Of a DNA stretch of 53,189 nt, positions 20,621 to 31,967 are shown one piece after another. The position numbers and the translations under genes are program-made. The notes beneath the pieces were generated by a model. It searched no databases, was not told where the DNA came from, and worked only from the letters and a program-made list of their open reading frames with translations. Positions within the stretch are counted from its first letter, which is position 1, and every line of letters begins with the position of its first letter. The stretch lies in the NCBI GenBank assembly GCA_964595285.1, contig CAZQPS010000023.1:1-53189 (forward strand), read 5' to 3'. This stretch comes from an uncultured Dehalococcoidia bacterium (GTDB lineage: Bacteria > Chloroflexota > Dehalococcoidia > Lucifugimonadales > JADFKI01).

Positions 20621-21329
20621 CTGATGTTTCCTCTCCCGCTGTGACAGTAACTTCTATCGGCGATATCAACTCCGCTACATCTTCTTCAACCTCTAAACTC
20701 GGTAATATATCGCCTTTATATATCCATACCTTTACTCCAATACGCCCGAACTCGGTTGCAGCTTCTGCTAAAGAATAGTCTATATCGGCCCTAAGTGTAT
20801 GAAGAGGGACCCTTCCTTCCATAGCTTTCTCTTTACGGGCTATATCCGCCCCACCAAGCCTTCCAGATATAAGGATTTTTATTCCAAGCGCTCCGGCCTG
20901 CATAGTCCGCGTGACACCCTGCCTAATCGCACGCCGAAAAGCGATTCTCCGCTCCAATTGGTCCGCAACACTCCGTGCCACTAAATACGCATCTAGCTCC
21001 GGTTGCCTTATCTCATTTACATTCAGCCTAGCTCGCTTTTCTGTTAGGCCTTCTAATTCTTTCCTCAATTCTTCTACTCTCTGGCCTCCTCGCCCTATGA
21101 CAATTCCTGGGCGAGCGGTGTGAATAGATATAACGACATCTATACTTCCTCGTTCAATTTCTATTCTGGATATTCCCGCCTCAGGGTATCGATTCAATAT
21201 CGCGTCTCTAATGCGCATATCTTCATTTACAAGAGCGCGATATTCGTGTGGCCGAGTAGCGATCCATCTTGACTGCCAGTCTTTGACTATCCCAAGACGA
21301 AAGCCTACCGGATGTGTTTTCTGCCCCAT
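20598..21329 (-). CDS. rpsC: 30S ribosomal protein S3
   Basis: [13 protein letters not shown] start at 21329; [10 protein letters not shown] and [11 protein letters not shown] motifs. Confidence 0.97.
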   Translation of the reverse strand: MGQKTHPVGFRLGIVKDWQSRWIATRPHEYRALVNEDMRIRDAILNRYPEAGISRIEIERGSIDVVISIHTARPGIVIGRGGQRVEELRKELEGLTEKRARLNVNEIRQPELDAYLVARSVADQLERRIAFRRAIRQGVTRTMQAGALGIKILISGRLGGADIARKEKAMEGRVPLHTLRADIDYSLAEAATEFGRIGVKVWIYKGDILPSLEVEEDVAELISPIEVTVTAGEETSDAPTEEG

Positions 21330-21330
21330 A

Positions 21331-21672
21331 TTATTGGCCTTCCTTTTCATCAACAACCACAGTTATATGGCTGCTTCGTCTTATGATACGCGCCGCTCGC
21401 CCGCGAGCACGAGCTCTGAATCTTTTTATACTTGGTCCCTCATTAGCGTATATTTCAACAATCTTAAGACTTTGGGGTGAAGCAAAAATCTCATTCTCCG
21501 CATTGGCAGCAGCAGATTTGACGACTTTGGCCACTCGCGCGGCAGCAGGTGACGGGATAAACTGCAATGCATTCAATGCGTCATTCACCGGCATACCCCT
21601 TACAAGATCAATTATCGGCTTTAGCTTCTTAACCGACAAACCCGTATTTTTACTCAAAGCTTTTACAGCCAT
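21331..21672 (-). CDS. rplV: 50S ribosomal protein L22
   Basis: [22 protein letters not shown] and SHITV motifs. Confidence 0.96.
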   Translation of the reverse strand: MAVKALSKNTGLSVKKLKPIIDLVRGMPVNDALNALQFIPSPAAARVAKVVKSAAANAENEIFASPQSLKIVEIYANEGPSIKRFRARARGRAARIIRRSSHITVVVDEKEGQ

Positions 21673-21709
21673 TATAGTTTTCCTACACCAACATTTGTCG
21701 CATCATCAA

Positions 21710-21994
21710 TCATCTAGGAGCCGTTACTCTTTCCGACCTCGATATATGCCCCCTGAAAGTCCGGGTCGGAGCAAATTCTCCCAATTTATGACCCACCATA
21801 TTTTCCGTTATAAAAAGGGGAATGTGCCTTCGGCCATCGTGTACCGCTATCGTCAGCCCGAGCATGTCAGGCATAATCGTAGACGCCCTGGACCAAGTGT
21901 TAATAACATCCCTATTCCCACTGCGCTGAGCTGCATCAACCTTCTTTGCCAGTTTCTCATGCACGTACGGCCCTTTTTTTATTGACCTAGACAT
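21710..21994 (-). CDS. rpsS: 30S ribosomal protein S19
   Basis: [14 protein letters not shown] and [11 protein letters not shown] motifs. Confidence 0.98.
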   Translation of the reverse strand: MSRSIKKGPYVHEKLAKKVDAAQRSGNRDVINTWSRASTIMPDMLGLTIAVHDGRRHIPLFITENMVGHKLGEFAPTRTFRGHISRSERVTAPR

Positions 21995-22088
21995 TTACTC
22001 ACTTCCATTGTTCTTTTATATTCAAGCTTCCTACTTATTTACTCAACAAGCGCTCATGAAATTCAGACGCTTCATACATGCCTTTTCT

Positions 22089-22922
22089 CTATCTTTTACC
22101 TCTGCGCCTCACTATGAATTTGCTTGATGGTTTCTTCTTCCTACGCGTCCTCAGCCCAAGAGCAGGCTTCCCCCAAGGCGTCTTGGGACTTGGCATACCG
22201 ATAGGTGACTTACCCTCACCACCACCATGAGGATGATCCCTAGGCGACATAACGGACCCCCTAACTTCAGGGCGCCATCCCATATTTCTTTTTCGGCCAG
22301 CCTTTCCTAACTTCACATTCTTGTGATCAAGGTTACTTACTTGGCCAACAGTCGCCATACATTCCGCTAAAATGTTACGCATCTCTCCAGAAGGCAGACG
22401 AAGCAAAGCATATTTACCTTCCTTCGCCAAAAGCTGTGCCGCCCCACCTGCACTTCGAACCAGTTGACCACCCTTTCCAACTTGCATTTCTATATTGTGT
22501 ACTTGGGTGCCTTCCCTCATGGCTCTAAGCGGGAGTGCATTTCCTGCGCGTATTTCCGCTTCTTCTCCTGCCTCTATTTTGTCCCCTACGCCAAGCCCAT
22601 CGGGAGCCAATATATATCGCCAATCACCATCCGGATATTTAATTAAAGCTATACGAGCCGACCTATTCGGATCGTACTCAATAGTAGCTACGAGGCCAGG
22701 TATACCAATTTTATCTCTCTTGAAATCAATTGATCGATAACGCCTTTTATGGCCACCCCCACGGTGCCTCACGGTTATCTTACCTTGAGAATTTCTACCT
22801 GCTCGCTTTTTCACAGGCTGCAACAAAGATTTCTTGGGCCTATTAGTAGTGATCTCTTCCGAAGTCGGTAAAACCGCCCCTCGTTGCCCTGGAGTATTAG
22901 GTTTTAAAGTCTTTAATGGCAT
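22089..22922 (-). CDS. rplB: 50S ribosomal protein L2
   Basis: [17 protein letters not shown] and DHPHGGGEG motifs. Confidence 0.98.
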   Translation of the reverse strand: MPLKTLKPNTPGQRGAVLPTSEEITTNRPKKSLLQPVKKRAGRNSQGKITVRHRGGGHKRRYRSIDFKRDKIGIPGLVATIEYDPNRSARIALIKYPDGDWRYILAPDGLGVGDKIEAGEEAEIRAGNALPLRAMREGTQVHNIEMQVGKGGQLVRSAGGAAQLLAKEGKYALLRLPSGEMRNILAECMATVGQVSNLDHKNVKLGKAGRKRNMGWRPEVRGSVMSPRDHPHGGGEGKSPIGMPSPKTPWGKPALGLRTRRKKKPSSKFIVRRRGKR

Positions 22923-22923
22923 C

Positions 22924-23214
22924 TTAGACGCCCTCGAAAATAGTTATTGTATTACCAGCTGCCAGAGTCACCAAGGCTTTTTTCCACGACTTCTTGCCGG
23001 TAACTCTTGGCCCATATCTTTTTGTCTTTCCGCGTACATTCATCGTATTGACCTTTACCACCTTCACATCAAAAGCCTCTTCTACTGCCATTCTTATCTG
23101 GTGCTTTGTGGCACTAGGGGAAACCTCAAAAGCATAACGCCCCTGCTCCTGCAGGTAGGTGCTTTTCTCAGTGATAATTGGTTTTCGTAAGATAGCGAAA
23201 GGTTGGACTTCCAT
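22924..23214 (-). CDS. rplW: 50S ribosomal protein L23
   Basis: PIITEKS, VKVNT and WKKALVTL motifs; ATG at 23214 overlaps the rplD stop. Confidence 0.95.
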   Translation of the reverse strand: MEVQPFAILRKPIITEKSTYLQEQGRYAFEVSPSATKHQIRMAVEEAFDVKVVKVNTMNVRGKTKRYGPRVTGKKSWKKALVTLAAGNTITIFEGV

Positions 23215-23885
23215 TACTCTGTAGCCTCTTCTTGCAAACTGCCAGTCCGTTTTCTGGTAAATGAACCACCCCACACATCCTCAATCTTGCGCACCGCATC
23301 AATAGTCATGATCACTTTATTCGCATTCAATAAATCGACAGTATTGAGCAATCCCGCAGGTATAGTCCTCACTTTGGGAATATTACGAGCCGTCCTCAAG
23401 ACAGGCTGAGAAGACCCGTCTCCTACTATCAAAGTCGACCTATTTGCCCCCAGGTTATTAAGTACGCCTACCATAGTCTTAGTTTTAGTGGGTTCGATTT
23501 CCAATGAATCAAGAACCAGCAACTGGTTAGCCCTCACTTTTTCAGAGAGTACTATTTTTACAGATTCTCTTTTCATACGCTTTGGTGTCCTTTGCCGATA
23601 ACTCCTCGGTGCTGGACCGAAAACGACGCCCCCCCCTCTCCACTGAGGAGACCTTATTGATCCTTGTCTCGCCCGACCCGTATATTTCTGTGGCCGTGGC
23701 TTTGCTCCGCCACCTGACACTTCAGATCGAGTCTTAACCTTGGCAGTGCCCTGTCTTTGATTCGCCAGCTGACCTACCATAACCTGGTGTACAAGACTGG
23801 GGTTAGACCCCGCATTGAATACATCATCTCGTACTTCAACACTGTCGACCACTGCCCCTGATATATTTCTAAGTTCAAGCTTCAA
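23214..23885 (-). CDS. rplD: 50S ribosomal protein L4
   Basis: RQGTA..KTRSEVSGGG.KP..QK.TGRARQGS and GGGVVFGP motifs. Confidence 0.97.
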   Translation of the reverse strand: MKLELRNISGAVVDSVEVRDDVFNAGSNPSLVHQVMVGQLANQRQGTAKVKTRSEVSGGGAKPRPQKYTGRARQGSIRSPQWRGGGVVFGPAPRSYRQRTPKRMKRESVKIVLSEKVRANQLLVLDSLEIEPTKTKTMVGVLNNLGANRSTLIVGDGSSQPVLRTARNIPKVRTIPAGLLNTVDLLNANKVIMTIDAVRKIEDVWGGSFTRKRTGSLQEEATE

Positions 23886-23887
23886 GC

Positions 23888-24523
23888 TTACACTCTTCTT
23901 CCATGTCCAGCTTTGCGGACTATGATCAAACCATTCTTAGCCCCTGGAACGGAACCACTTACAAGTAGCAGATTCCTTTCCGTATCTGACAAAACAACCC
24001 TGAGACCTCTTTGAGTAACCTGATCGTCACCCATATGACCGGCCATGCGCAATCCCTTTATTACACGTCCTGGAGTACTACCAGCTCCCACTGAGCCTGG
24101 CGCCCTATGTCTGTCCGACTGTCCGTGTGTTTTTGGGCCACCTCTAAAATTGTAGCGCTTCACTCCTCCGGCGAATCCCCTCCCTTTTGAACGCCCTGTC
24201 ACTTCAATTTTCTCACCCTGCTCAAACATACTGACATCAAACGCCTGTCCAATCTGAATCTCAGAAATGTCATCTACGCCAACTTCCCTGAGATACTGGA
24301 AAGCCTGCCCTGCCTCCCCTAGATGCCCGGATTCGGGTTTATTTAAGTTTCTAGCAACTTCAAAACCAAGCTGTACACTGTCGTATCCGTCCGTATCCAA
24401 ACGTTTAATTTGAGTGACAGTACAGGGGCCTACTTCTATTGCTGTAACGCAATCCACTCGGCCCCCTTCAGTGAAATATTGAGTTGTTCCTATTTTCTTA
24501 CCAATTAGTCCATGTACTGACAT
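23888..24523 (-). CDS. rplC: 50S ribosomal protein L3
   Basis: DGYDSVQ, SKGRGFAG, HRAPGS and MAGHMG motifs. Confidence 0.97.
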   Translation of the reverse strand: MSVHGLIGKKIGTTQYFTEGGRVDCVTAIEVGPCTVTQIKRLDTDGYDSVQLGFEVARNLNKPESGHLGEAGQAFQYLREVGVDDISEIQIGQAFDVSMFEQGEKIEVTGRSKGRGFAGGVKRYNFRGGPKTHGQSDRHRAPGSVGAGSTPGRVIKGLRMAGHMGDDQVTQRGLRVVLSDTERNLLLVSGSVPGAKNGLIIVRKAGHGRRV

Positions 24524-24557
24524 TTCGTTTAACTCTACACCATTTCTCTGAATCTGA

Positions 24558-24875
24558 TTATAACTTTATAGATATGTCTACCCCTGCCGGGACATTAAGT
24601 CGCGTGAGTGAGTCAATAGTTTTAGAAGTAGGTTCAAGTATATCTATCAATCTATTATGTGTTCTCAACTCAAAATGCTCTCTTGAGTCCTTATCAATGT
24701 GAGGACTACGGATTACACAAAACCGCTTAATGGAAGTAGGCAGTGGCACAGGACCAGATATACGAGCGCCCGTTCTTTCTGCCGCTTCTACTATTTGAGT
24801 TGCAGAAAGGTCTAGGATCTTATGATCAAACGCCTTCAATATTATCCTGATCTTTTGATTGTTAGTTGTGACCAT
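24558..24875 (-). CDS. rpsJ: 30S ribosomal protein S10
   Basis: KIRI.LKAFDH, GPVPLPT and [13 protein letters not shown] motifs. Confidence 0.98.
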   Translation of the reverse strand: MVTTNNQKIRIILKAFDHKILDLSATQIVEAAERTGARISGPVPLPTSIKRFCVIRSPHIDKDSREHFELRTHNRLIDILEPTSKTIDSLTRLNVPAGVDISIKL

Positions 24876-24951
24876 CGTTTCCTTCCAATCGTTTCATGAT
24901 CTCGCTAGCATAATCTAAATAATTCATTTTAATTGAAATCTTCTATCGGAC

Positions 24952-26994
24952 CTAAGAAGATAACACAGATTCCGGTGCTTGTTGATAATTATCAAACTCC
25001 ATCGTGTATGAGGCCCTTCCTTGAGTTATCGAGCGAAGGGAATTAGCATATCCAAAACTCTCACCAAGTGGAAGGGCAGCACGAACAACCTGTATCTCGC
25101 CTTGACTCTCAATGTTTTTAATATTAGCCCTTCTCCTACCCAAATCGCCAAGAACCTCTCCTAGAAAATCACCAGGAGTAACAGCTTCCAAGCTCATTAT
25201 CGGCTCCAATAATTTCGGCCTAGCTTTTTTTATCGCATCTTTGGCAGCCATGGAACCAGCTATCTGAAAAGCCACTTGTGACGAATCCACATCATGAAAA
25301 CTGCCATCTACTAACGTTACCTTAACATCAATTATAGGAAATCCAGACAGCGGACCTGAGTTAAGCGCCTCACGTATTCCATTCTGCGCAGCCGGTATAA
25401 ATTCTCTAGGAATGGCCCCTCCAGTTATTTTATCTTCTATCTGAACCCCAGATCCTGATTCTCCAGGCTCCATCTCTATTACCACATGACCAAATTGCCC
25501 ATGACCTCCAGTTTGGCGAACAAATCGCCCTTCACCTGAGGCTTCCCGGCTAATCGCTTCTCTGTAGGCCACCTTCGGATTACCAACACTGCCCTCCACC
25601 TTAAATTCACGCTTCATCCGATCAACCAAAATTTCCAAATGGAGTTCACCCATACCAGACATAACGGTCTGACCCGTCTCGTCGTTGTAGTTAATCCTAA
25701 AAGTTGGATCTTCATCAGAAAGCTTCACAAGAGCCTCAGACAATTTATCCTGATCGGCTCTAGACTTAGGTTCAATCGCTACTGAAACCACAGGTTCAGG
25801 AAAGGTTATCGTTTCCAAAATGATTGGATTATCTTGCGTGCAGATCGTGTCACCAGTAGAGGTGTCTTTAAGCCCAACCGCAGCCGCTATTTCACCTGCA
25901 TGCACAACTTCCACATCCTCGCGACGATTTGCGTGCATCATGACCACACGACCCAATCTCTCGCGGCGCCCATTAGTCGAGTTGAACACCATCGAGCCTG
26001 CATCGGCTTCCCCTGAATAAACACGGAAATAAACCAGTCGCCCAATATACGGGTCTGAAACAGTCTTAAACGCCAAAGCCGAGAAGGGAGCACCTACTTC
26101 TGGACCTCTAAGCAAATCATCCCCAGATTTAGGGTGTATCCCGCTTACCGGAGGCACGTCTGAGGGAGATGGTAAATACTCACAAATAGCATCTATGAGC
26201 GGCTGAACACCCTTGCTTCTTAGGGCAGTACCACACATTACAGGGACAATCTGGTAACTAATTGTTGCCTTCCTAAGAGCTGACTTAATTTCCTCTGGGG
26301 CAATTTCTTCTTCTTCAAGATACTTGAGCATGAGGTCGTCATCAGTCTCTGCGACTTTCTCAATCAAACGACCACGATGAATTGACACTTCGCCCATATA
26401 TTCTTCCGGCACCGGACCCTCTATAGGGGCATCGCCCTTATCATCAGGCCAAATCCAAGACTTTTCCTCGATAAGATCTATAACACCTTGATATGCATCT
26501 TCCTGGCCTATCGGGATCTGGATCGCAACTGGGTTAGCATCCAAGCGTTTTGTTATCGAGTCTATTGTTCTATGAAAATCAGCCCCAACACGATCCATCT
26601 TATTGACAAAACAAATTCTGGGGACATTATATTTATTTGCCTGCCGCCACACAGTTTCTGATTGCGGCTGAACACCAGCCACCGAATCAAATACAACCAC
26701 CCCCCCATCCAAAACGCGTAAACTTCTCTCAACCTCCGCCGTGAAGTCTACGTGCCCAGGAGTATCTATAATATTGATAACGTGATCTTTCCATTCAGTT
26801 GTAGTGGCAGCAGAGGTGATCGTAATACCACGCTCCCGCTCCTGCTCCATCCAGTCCATGGCTGTCGTACCTTCGTCAACGCCACCAATTTTGCGAATCC
26901 GTCCTGTAAAGAACAAAACTCGCTCAGTCACGGTCGTCTTCCCCGCATCTATATGGGCTATGAATCCTATATTTCTTGTTTTATTTATATCCAC
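24952..26994 (-). CDS. fusA: Elongation factor G
   Basis: [30 protein letters not shown] and GMGELHL motifs. Confidence 0.98.
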   Translation of the reverse strand: MDINKTRNIGFIAHIDAGKTTVTERVLFFTGRIRKIGGVDEGTTAMDWMEQERERGITITSAATTTEWKDHVINIIDTPGHVDFTAEVERSLRVLDGGVVVFDSVAGVQPQSETVWRQANKYNVPRICFVNKMDRVGADFHRTIDSITKRLDANPVAIQIPIGQEDAYQGVIDLIEEKSWIWPDDKGDAPIEGPVPEEYMGEVSIHRGRLIEKVAETDDDLMLKYLEEEEIAPEEIKSALRKATISYQIVPVMCGTALRSKGVQPLIDAICEYLPSPSDVPPVSGIHPKSGDDLLRGPEVGAPFSALAFKTVSDPYIGRLVYFRVYSGEADAGSMVFNSTNGRRERLGRVVMMHANRREDVEVVHAGEIAAAVGLKDTSTGDTICTQDNPIILETITFPEPVVSVAIEPKSRADQDKLSEALVKLSDEDPTFRINYNDETGQTVMSGMGELHLEILVDRMKREFKVEGSVGNPKVAYREAISREASGEGRFVRQTGGHGQFGHVVIEMEPGESGSGVQIEDKITGGAIPREFIPAAQNGIREALNSGPLSGFPIIDVKVTLVDGSFHDVDSSQVAFQIAGSMAAKDAIKKARPKLLEPIMSLEAVTPGDFLGEVLGDLGRRRANIKNIESQGEIQVVRAALPLGESFGYANSLRSITQGRASYTMEFDNYQQAPESVLSS

Positions 26995-27082
26995 CGTTTA
27001 CCGAACCCCACTACTATTTATAGCAATGTAAAATCCACTCTTAACGATACTAGTCGTCCAAATCCGAGTTACTCACAAATCA

Positions 27083-27553
27083 TCACCAGCGATAATGAGC
27101 AAAGGCTCTATTAGCCTCTGCCATACGATGTAACTCTTCCCGTCTTCTAACTGCGGAACCCTGATTTCGTGCAGCTTCCAATAGCTCATTTGCTAGGCTC
27201 TCATGCGTCGGCCTGCTGCCTCGCTGCCTTGCCGATGCTATAATCCATCGCATAGCTAAGGCCAATCTTCTCTCAGGCCTAACTTCCGTAGGAACTTGAT
27301 ATGTCGCCCCACCAACTCTTCTAGAGCGAACTTCTAGTGCCGGCATAGCATTTCGAATAGCTTGCTCAAAGACCTCCAACCCGGGCCTATTGGCCTCTTG
27401 TTCAATCCGATCTAATGCACCGTACACAAGCTTCTGAGCAGTAGTCTTTTTTCCACTTTGCATAACCCTATTAATAAACTGGCTAAGCTCAACACTGCCG
27501 TATTTAATATCTTCTGGCGGAACCCTTTTTTCAGCCCTTCTGCGACGAGCCAT
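27083..27553 (-). CDS. rpsG: 30S ribosomal protein S7
   Basis: [11 protein letters not shown] and [13 protein letters not shown] motifs. Confidence 0.98.
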   Translation of the reverse strand: MARRRRAEKRVPPEDIKYGSVELSQFINRVMQSGKKTTAQKLVYGALDRIEQEANRPGLEVFEQAIRNAMPALEVRSRRVGGATYQVPTEVRPERRLALAMRWIIASARQRGSRPTHESLANELLEAARNQGSAVRRREELHRMAEANRAFAHYRW

Positions 27554-27642
27554 ATACTCAAAATCCCCTCTTAATATTTACTGCGTCCAATCGTACTCGC
27601 AATCTTGCAATGTTTACAGAACATCTAATGTCTGGTTATATA

Positions 27643-28056
27643 TCAAGAATCTTTTTTACTACCATATTTACTCCGACCTCGGTTGCGATCGTCTACACCC
27701 GAAGTATCTAAAGCACCACGCACAATGTGATAGCGAACACCAGGCAGATCTTTCACCCTCCCGCCTCGTATCAGCACCACTGAGTGCTCTTGTAAATTAT
27801 GCCCTTCCCCTGGGATATAAGCTGTGACTTCCATGCCGTTAGTGAGCCTCACTCTGGCAACCTTCCTGAGGGCCGAGTTAGGCTTTTTGGGTGTCTGAGT
27901 TCTTACCTGAACACAAACACCTCGCTTCTGAGGAGACCCTGAATCTCTTCGCCCGCGGTTCTTCAACGCATTGAACGAAAATCTCAACGCCGGCGCCTTG
28001 TCTTTTCTTCGCTTGGCCTTGCGCCCTTTTCTGACCAGTTGGTTAACTGTTGGCAT
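27643..28056 (-). CDS. rpsL: 30S ribosomal protein S12
   Basis: [19 protein letters not shown] and [12 protein letters not shown] motifs. Confidence 0.99.
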   Translation of the reverse strand: MPTVNQLVRKGRKAKRRKDKAPALRFSFNALKNRGRRDSGSPQKRGVCVQVRTQTPKKPNSALRKVARVRLTNGMEVTAYIPGEGHNLQEHSVVLIRGGRVKDLPGVRYHIVRGALDTSGVDDRNRGRSKYGSKKDS

Positions 28057-28135
28057 ACAGGTACCTCAGCTCCATTTAAATCTTTTTTCAATACCGTAGA
28101 TCTTCCACTCAAACAAGTGGTGGCGACAAACAGAA

Positions 28136-28164
28136 ATTTTACAAATTGGGAAAATTAAAGTCAA
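28136..28164 (-). promoter_or_regulatory. Sigma70-type promoter for the rpsL-led ribosomal superoperon
   Basis: Minus strand TTGACT-17 nt-TAAAAT, about 80 nt upstream of the rpsL start. Confidence 0.7.
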
Positions 28165-28459
28165 CCCAATTTAGCCCTTGTTCACCATTTTCTTACAACC
28201 CAATTGTTCAACGAGATTTACAATGGTTCTTAAACATGGCTTCACACACAAGCTACGTTTCAAAACACCAAGGAATTTATGGTGAAGCAATCCTCAATGA
28301 AATAACTTTAAATCAGACAAATAATACATAATATACGGGAGAAGGAAGGTGCCTGACGAGCCAAACAATCCAAAACTTAAACAATTTATCTACAATGACC
28401 AAAGTCAGGACAGTAAAACGGACCCTGGCACCGAGAGCTAGTCCCTTACAGGACTCAGA

Positions 28460-29602
28460 CTACGGACTCTGCGGAGTTACTAGGCCTCTTTCTCCATTGT
28501 AAATCACCCGAGGTCGGAACAGGCGATTATCGTCATGCTGTTCCAATATGTGAGCAACATTACCAGCAGTCCTTGCAGCAAAAAATATGGGAGTATAGAG
28601 AGGCACGTCTATTCCCAATAAGTGGTACAAAAGGCCAATTGGAAAATCGGTGTTAGGATACAACGCCTTCTCGCGGAACATAACATCCTCTACGACTTTA
28701 TAAATCGATGCGAGCGCTTCTCCATCATCCGTTTCATTAGACAGCCTAGGTATGTAATCCATCAAAAATTTAGCTCTTGGGTCGTATTTGCGCATATAGA
28801 CCCTATGGCCAAATCCCATTATCCGCGCCCTTTGCTCAAGTTTCTCCATCGTGTAAGATTCAGCGTTTTCAGGCCCACCACTGGAGTTAATATCCATTAG
28901 AAAATTTATGGCTGCCTCGTTGGCTCCCCCATGTAATGGCCCCTTCAACGAAGCTACCGCACCTGCCATAGCACCGTACATATCGGCCAGAGTAGACGCT
29001 ATTACCCTTGCTGCAAACGTTGAGTTCGGCATCTCATGTTCAATATAGCAGGTGTGTATCTTGTCAAAAGCATCAAGGGAGAGCTGGTCAGGTAACTCGC
29101 CGCGTATCATGTATAGATAATTCTCTGTGTAACCCAATTCTGGATTGGGTCTCACGAAGGGCATGTTATTCAAAGCTCTGTATGCATTAACTGAAAGAGC
29201 AGGAATTTGAGCCAGTAAATTTAAACCCTTCCTCAAATTAGCTTCGTGAGAATTATCATGAAGTAATTCTGGATCTTCATAGCCGGCCATGAATGAGATA
29301 CCAGTACGGAGCGCATCCATAGCAACAGTAGTTTTAGGCATCATTTCAAATAATTTATACAAATCTTCCGGTATATCAGAATTCTGAGCTAAGTGACGAC
29401 AAAATTCTTCTGACTCCTTCTCCGAGGGGAGATGACCGTAAATGACTAAATAAGCAACATCGGTATACTGCAAATTTTTGGCCAGTTCAATAAGATCATA
29501 TCCTCTAACCACTATCTGCTCGACGTCAGTGTCCAATATTGAAATAGCTGTTTCTGCGGCAATAACACCTTCCAAACCTGGACTATAGGATGATGAAACC
29601 AT
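28460..29602 (-). CDS. prpC: Citrate/2-methylcitrate synthase
   Basis: GLEGV, GPLHGGA, GFGHRVY and PNTDF motifs; methylcitrate specificity inferred from the adjacent prpB. Confidence 0.8.
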   Translation of the reverse strand: MVSSSYSPGLEGVIAAETAISILDTDVEQIVVRGYDLIELAKNLQYTDVAYLVIYGHLPSEKESEEFCRHLAQNSDIPEDLYKLFEMMPKTTVAMDALRTGISFMAGYEDPELLHDNSHEANLRKGLNLLAQIPALSVNAYRALNNMPFVRPNPELGYTENYLYMIRGELPDQLSLDAFDKIHTCYIEHEMPNSTFAARVIASTLADMYGAMAGAVASLKGPLHGGANEAAINFLMDINSSGGPENAESYTMEKLEQRARIMGFGHRVYMRKYDPRAKFLMDYIPRLSNETDDGEALASIYKVVEDVMFREKALYPNTDFPIGLLYHLLGIDVPLYTPIFFAARTAGNVAHILEQHDDNRLFRPRVIYNGERGLVTPQSP

Positions 29603-29699
29603 AGTGTTTTCTCCTAATATTATTTTTAACCTCTACGCTCATGAAAAATAACTGCTCGAACCAAACTTACAACAGGACCGTCACATTATTGTATGGCCA

Positions 29700-30599
29700 T
29701 CAATCCAGAACTTTACTGAAAGCCAATTCTGAATCTATAGCCTGATAACCTTCATACTCTATAAGATCGTACAATTCTGAACGAGTCTGCATCCGCCCCA
29801 GCCAATCAACCTGAGTCCCATTCTCTTGTAATTCAGAAAAAATTCCCTCAACGGCCTTCATTGCTACTCGGAGTGCAGTCACCGGGAATATAACAATTTG
29901 ATACCCAAGTTCAGCAAAACTCTCAACAGTGAGATAAGGAGATTTCCCAAATTCAGTCATATTAGCAAGCAGCGGTCCACCAACTGCATCAGCATACCTA
30001 GCGAACTCTTCCTCCGTCTGCATCGCTTCAGGAAATATGATATCAGCTCCCGCGTCTCTGCACATTAATCCCCTCTCTATCGCTGCATCCATGCCTTCCA
30101 ACGCCCTAACATCAGTCCGAGCAATAATAAGCATGTCTTCTCTAGCCCGACTAGCCGCCGCAATTTTTTCAGCAAATGCATCGGCCGTTATTACGGTTTT
30201 ACCTTCCAAATGACCGCATCGTTTTGGCAGCACTTGGTCTTCTATCTGAATAGCTGCCGACCCAACATCTTCCAATTCCTTCACTGTACGAACAACGTTC
30301 AATGCCTCCCCAAAGCCGGTATCAGCATCAACTATAAGGGGTACTTCAGACGCTCTAACCATCCACCTCACTGCATGAGCTAATTCATCTAAAGAAAACA
30401 GACCAATATCTGGTATTCCAAGTCCTGCTGAAAAAGCTGCTCCTGAAAAATATGTTGCTTCAAAACCTGTTTTTTCCGCTATTTTTGCTGTCAATGGATT
30501 GAATACACCAGGCACAGTTATAGAATCCCCGCTGGCAATACGTTCCCGCAGGCGAACCGGACCTGACTTGCTAGAGTTATCCGTAAGCATCCATGTCAT
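29700..30599 (-). CDS. prpB: 2-methylisocitrate lyase
   Basis: DADTGFG, IEDQ..PKRCGH, ANMTEFGK and MQTR.ELY motifs. Confidence 0.9.
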   Translation of the reverse strand: MTWMLTDNSSKSGPVRLRERIASGDSITVPGVFNPLTAKIAEKTGFEATYFSGAAFSAGLGIPDIGLFSLDELAHAVRWMVRASEVPLIVDADTGFGEALNVVRTVKELEDVGSAAIQIEDQVLPKRCGHLEGKTVITADAFAEKIAAASRAREDMLIIARTDVRALEGMDAAIERGLMCRDAGADIIFPEAMQTEEEFARYADAVGGPLLANMTEFGKSPYLTVESFAELGYQIVIFPVTALRVAMKAVEGIFSELQENGTQVDWLGRMQTRSELYDLIEYEGYQAIDSELAFSKVLD

Positions 30600-30703
30600 A
30601 ATCTATTTTCTCCCATGGCTGAGCTTGTTCAAAACTTAATTTTATTGCACAAATTGCCAACGTATTTAATCATTCTACTGAAGAACAAGTTTTACCTGAA
30701 GTA

Positions 30704-31858
30704 TCAAATATTGCCCGAATCAAGTATTTGTCTGGCTATTATTAGACGCTGAATCTCCGAAGTCCCTTCATATATCTCCGTTACTTTTGCATCACGATAA
30801 ATCCTCTCAACCGGAGAAGGTGATAAGTAGCCAACTCCACCATGAAGCTGGACAGCCTTATCAGCAAGCTCTACCGCGACTCTTGATCCATATAACTTCG
30901 CCATAGAAGCCTCTTTTATGAATGGCTTCCCCGCGTCTCTCAAGGAAGCTGCCTGAAGTGTCATCAAACGGGCTGCATGTACACTGGTAGCCATTTCAGA
31001 AATGTTCCACTGTATACCCTGGAAATTGGAAAGTGATTGCCCAAACGCCTCTCTTCTTTGTATGTAATCCAAAGCATGTTCGTAAGCCGACTGCGCGATT
31101 CCAACACATTGGGCAGCTATGGAAATACGACTTGCGTTTAAAACATTCATTGTATGTCTGAAACCCTCGCCCTCTTCACCCATCCTATTCTCAGTAGGGA
31201 CTACACAGTTCTCAAATAACAGCTCACCAATGGACGACCCTCTAATGCCCATTTTCCCTTTAATAGGATTTACCAAAAAACCTTCAGTTTTCCGCTCCAT
31301 AATTATGGCATTTATACCTCTAGTCTTTAAGGATTTGTCATGAGTCGCGAGAACAACTAATATGGAAGCTTCAGGGCCGCTCGTAATGAAGGTTTTGCTC
31401 CCATTCAACAAATAATGGCCACTACGAGCCTCAACAGTTGTCTGCATTGCTCCCGCGTCACTACCAGATCCTGCCTCCGTCAACGCGAAAGCACCAACTT
31501 CATTGCCACTGATCAATCTTGGAATAAATTCTTTTTTTTGACCCTCTGTGCCATACATATTTATAAACTGAGTACATAAAGATAGATGTGCAAGAAAAGT
31601 CGTACTGGTTGCCGCACACGCCTTCGCTATTTCTTCAATAGCAACCACAAGTTGCCTTGTCGTTCCTCCGCTACCTCCATACTGTTCATCAATCGTTAGC
31701 CCCAATAGACCTAAGTCAGCCAATCCTCTAAAGTTTTCCCAAGGAAACTCTTCTGCGGCATCATATTGAGCTGCTCTTGGCGCAATCTGCTCCCGCGCGT
31801 AGTCACGAACAGTATTCTTAACAAGAAGTTCATCTTCACTGAGAAAAAAGCTACTCAT
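30704..31858 (-). CDS. Acyl-CoA dehydrogenase (short/branched-chain type)
   Basis: FALTEAGSGSD, NGSKTFIT, KMGIRGS and IYEGTSEIQR motifs. Confidence 0.92.
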   Translation of the reverse strand: MSSFFLSEDELLVKNTVRDYAREQIAPRAAQYDAAEEFPWENFRGLADLGLLGLTIDEQYGGSGGTTRQLVVAIEEIAKACAATSTTFLAHLSLCTQFINMYGTEGQKKEFIPRLISGNEVGAFALTEAGSGSDAGAMQTTVEARSGHYLLNGSKTFITSGPEASILVVLATHDKSLKTRGINAIIMERKTEGFLVNPIKGKMGIRGSSIGELLFENCVVPTENRMGEEGEGFRHTMNVLNASRISIAAQCVGIAQSAYEHALDYIQRREAFGQSLSNFQGIQWNISEMATSVHAARLMTLQAASLRDAGKPFIKEASMAKLYGSRVAVELADKAVQLHGGVGYLSPSPVERIYRDAKVTEIYEGTSEIQRLIIARQILDSGNI

Positions 31859-31967
31859 TGCGCTCCTACTTAACTAAAGGTATATTGCCTTCTGCATAAA
31901 ATATGCAACCTCCTAGAGGAAGCAAATCATCACGCAAAAATCGACTCCAGGGGCGAGTTTAGTGCCT

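Noticed and set aside
28146-28331. 61-aa ORF upstream of rpsL
   Set aside because: It overlaps the predicted rpsL promoter, has a TTG start without an RBS and shows no recognisable motif
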